In this document: in pieces, positions 41,012 to 42,635 of the stretch | Layout: every line of letters begins with the position of its first letter | How positions within the stretch are numbered: the first letter of the stretch is position 1 | Notes under the pieces: generated by a model | Told to the model about the DNA's origin: nothing | Seen by the model: the letters and a program-made list of their open reading frames with translations, nothing else | Databases searched by the model: none | Program-made: the position numbers and the translations under genes | Assembly (NCBI GenBank): GCA_019421525.1 | Contig: JAHZFC010000001.1 | Span: 1-42,635, forward strand | Length of the DNA: 42,635 bases | DNA from: Clostridiales bacterium | GTDB taxonomy: Bacteria; Bacillota; Clostridia; Oscillospirales; Oscillospiraceae | Direction: 5' to 3'

Positions 41012-42635
41012 ATGAAAAATCGTCTCAAACGCACGATCTCAGCGTTGCTTGCCCTGGGGCTTCTCGGCTCGCTCTGTGCGATGCCCTCGCTGGCCGCCGA
41101 CGGAGCGGCCTCTGAGCCAGCCAAAGGGACCTTTGAACGGCTGGAAAACATCGCTGTCACCGACAGCCCCTACACCCCGGAAGGGGACTATTCCTTCTAT
41201 CTCTATTCTCCTTCCGATCCCCATGATTTCGACCTGATGAGCGGCCAACTCAACGCGGTCATCTTCGTCTACCCCGATGAGCCCTTTGCAAGCCAGGAGG
41301 AGGCCTATGCCAAGCTGGAGGAGATGGGGCTGATCGACATCGCTGAGAGCGCCCCCGCCTATATCATCTGCCCCGATCCCCTCAACGGCGAGAGCTATAC
41401 TCAGGAGGACCTGAACGTCTATTATGAGTCCCAGATCTATCTGGCTGGCGGCAAGATCATCTCTTTCACGCCGCCTACCGGCGAATACGAGCGGCGCACT
41501 TACAACAATCTGCAGTACATCATCGCCGAGGGCGACGGCGCGACGTTCGTAAACAACGTCTTGTCCCAGAACGCCAGCCGTATCGCCGCCATCCTCACCT
41601 TTGGCGGGGAGATGGATGAGGCCCTGGAGCCCGGCCTTGCCCTGCCCGCCTATCTGGTGGATCCTTGTGATACGGCCCTGAACTATTATAAGACGGTCAA
41701 CGAGACCGACTCCGAGCCCTCTCCCGGCCATTTCGTCAACAGCAGCTACACCGAAAAGCAGGTCATCGTGAAGGATGGCGACAGCAGCTTTGACGCGGAG
41801 ATCGTCGCCGATGCCTGGGGTACGCTCCTCTCCCGCATCACCCGGGCCCCCATGCTCAATGATGTGGTGGCCAATACCTTCGATATGAGCGAGTGGGTGC
41901 TCATGAGCTGGCCCAACTACGAGGAGCTGGGCCTGACGGTGAAAGAGCACACCTATTCCTATGACGGCAAGGATTACGTGGCCTATGACTATATCCCGGG
42001 CTCCTACACCGGCGACGAAGCCGTCCCCCTGGTGGTCCTGCTCCACGGGTTCAGTGAGGACCCCCTGTGTCCCGCCGCCACCTGCGGCTGGGCAGACGTG
42101 GCCGCCGAGGAAGGCTTTATCCTGGTGGCGCCCGACTATGTCAATGACATCGAGAGCAAGGGCATCGCCGTGGACTGTGTCATGCAGATCGTCACCGAGA
42201 GCATCGAGGCCTATAACATCGACCCCTCTCGGGTCTACCTCACCGGCTTCTCCATGGGCGGCATGAATACCTTCTTCACCAGTTACCTGAATACTGAGGT
42301 CTTTGCCGCCATCGCGCCCATGGCCGGTTTCCCGATCCTGGACGGCTTTGAGACCAAGGCCGCGGAATATGACCTGCCCACCTTCTTCCTCACCGGCCTG
42401 GCCGATGACAAGAACGTCTCTTTCTATGAGGACGGAACTATCGCAGTCAACGCCATGGGCGGAGACGTGGCAGGTACCGCCCTGGCCTTCAACGGCATAA
42501 CAGTGGGTGACCCGGACTACTCCATCAACCCCTGGGGCTACGAGGCGGACGATACCGACTCCTTCGCCAAGCAGGGCATCAACTACCATGTGAGCGATCA
42601 CTATGCCGACGGCTACACCAAGCCCATGGTCCGGC
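41012..42635 (+). CDS. Secreted alpha/beta-hydrolase (PHB depolymerase/esterase-like), host; 3' truncated by the window
   Basis: AAGGAG RBS, signal peptide MKNRLKRTISALLALGLLGSLCAMPSLA; PLVVLLHG, IDPSRVYLTGFSMGG, FAAIAPMAG motifs. Confidence 0.88.
   Translation, partial: MKNRLKRTISALLALGLLGSLCAMPSLAADGAASEPAKGTFERLENIAVTDSPYTPEGDYSFYLYSPSDPHDFDLMSGQLNAVIFVYPDEPFASQEEAYAKLEEMGLIDIAESAPAYIICPDPLNGESYTQEDLNVYYESQIYLAGGKIISFTPPTGEYERRTYNNLQYIIAEGDGATFVNNVLSQNASRIAAILTFGGEMDEALEPGLALPAYLVDPCDTALNYYKTVNETDSEPSPGHFVNSSYTEKQVIVKDGDSSFDAEIVADAWGTLLSRITRAPMLNDVVANTFDMSEWVLMSWPNYEELGLTVKEHTYSYDGKDYVAYDYIPGSYTGDEAVPLVVLLHGFSEDPLCPAATCGWADVAAEEGFILVAPDYVNDIESKGIAVDCVMQIVTESIEAYNIDPSRVYLTGFSMGGMNTFFTSYLNTEVFAAIAPMAGFPILDGFETKAAEYDLPTFFLTGLADDKNVSFYEDGTIAVNAMGGDVAGTALAFNGITVGDPDYSINPWGYEADDTDSFAKQGINYHVSDHYADGYTKPMVR

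Noticed and set aside
41039..42601. 520-aa minus-strand ORF
   Set aside because: Antisense shadow of the plus-strand secreted esterase, which the track omits because it has no stop in the window

Overview
Positions ~1-39,800 are most of a temperate, contractile-tailed prophage in a high-GC Firmicute (Clostridia/Oscillospiraceae-like, inferred from gene content and sigmaA-type promoters). The left end and endolysin lie outside the window. Read right to left, it has a tyrosine integrase, a CI/Cro switch, replication genes (initiator, DnaB), ParA plus a DUF3102-like protein, PcfK/PcfJ, a HUH Rep-like gene, HNH-terS-terL-portal-protease-HK97 capsid, a PBSX/Xkd-type tail and baseplate, and holin-like genes. 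Host genes follow (LysR and a secreted esterase). Most notable: (1) a self-contained moron at 146-1706 with acr-aca-like layout, including a protein whose N-terminus matches the type I-C Cas11/Cas8c C-terminal motif fused to an XRE HTH; (2) an apparent late-gene antitermination system of a Cys-rich KTR zinc-ribbon gene plus three terminators, each carrying tandem AG(A/C)GCCUGAGCC boxes; (3) ParA/DUF3102 with a dispersed 26-bp palindrome, one copy inside the DUF3102 gene; (4) a type I toxin-antitoxin-like locus in the tail operon; (5) a four-HTH sigma-region-4-like protein where tail fibres normally sit. All product calls come from motif recognition and synteny, not database searches.
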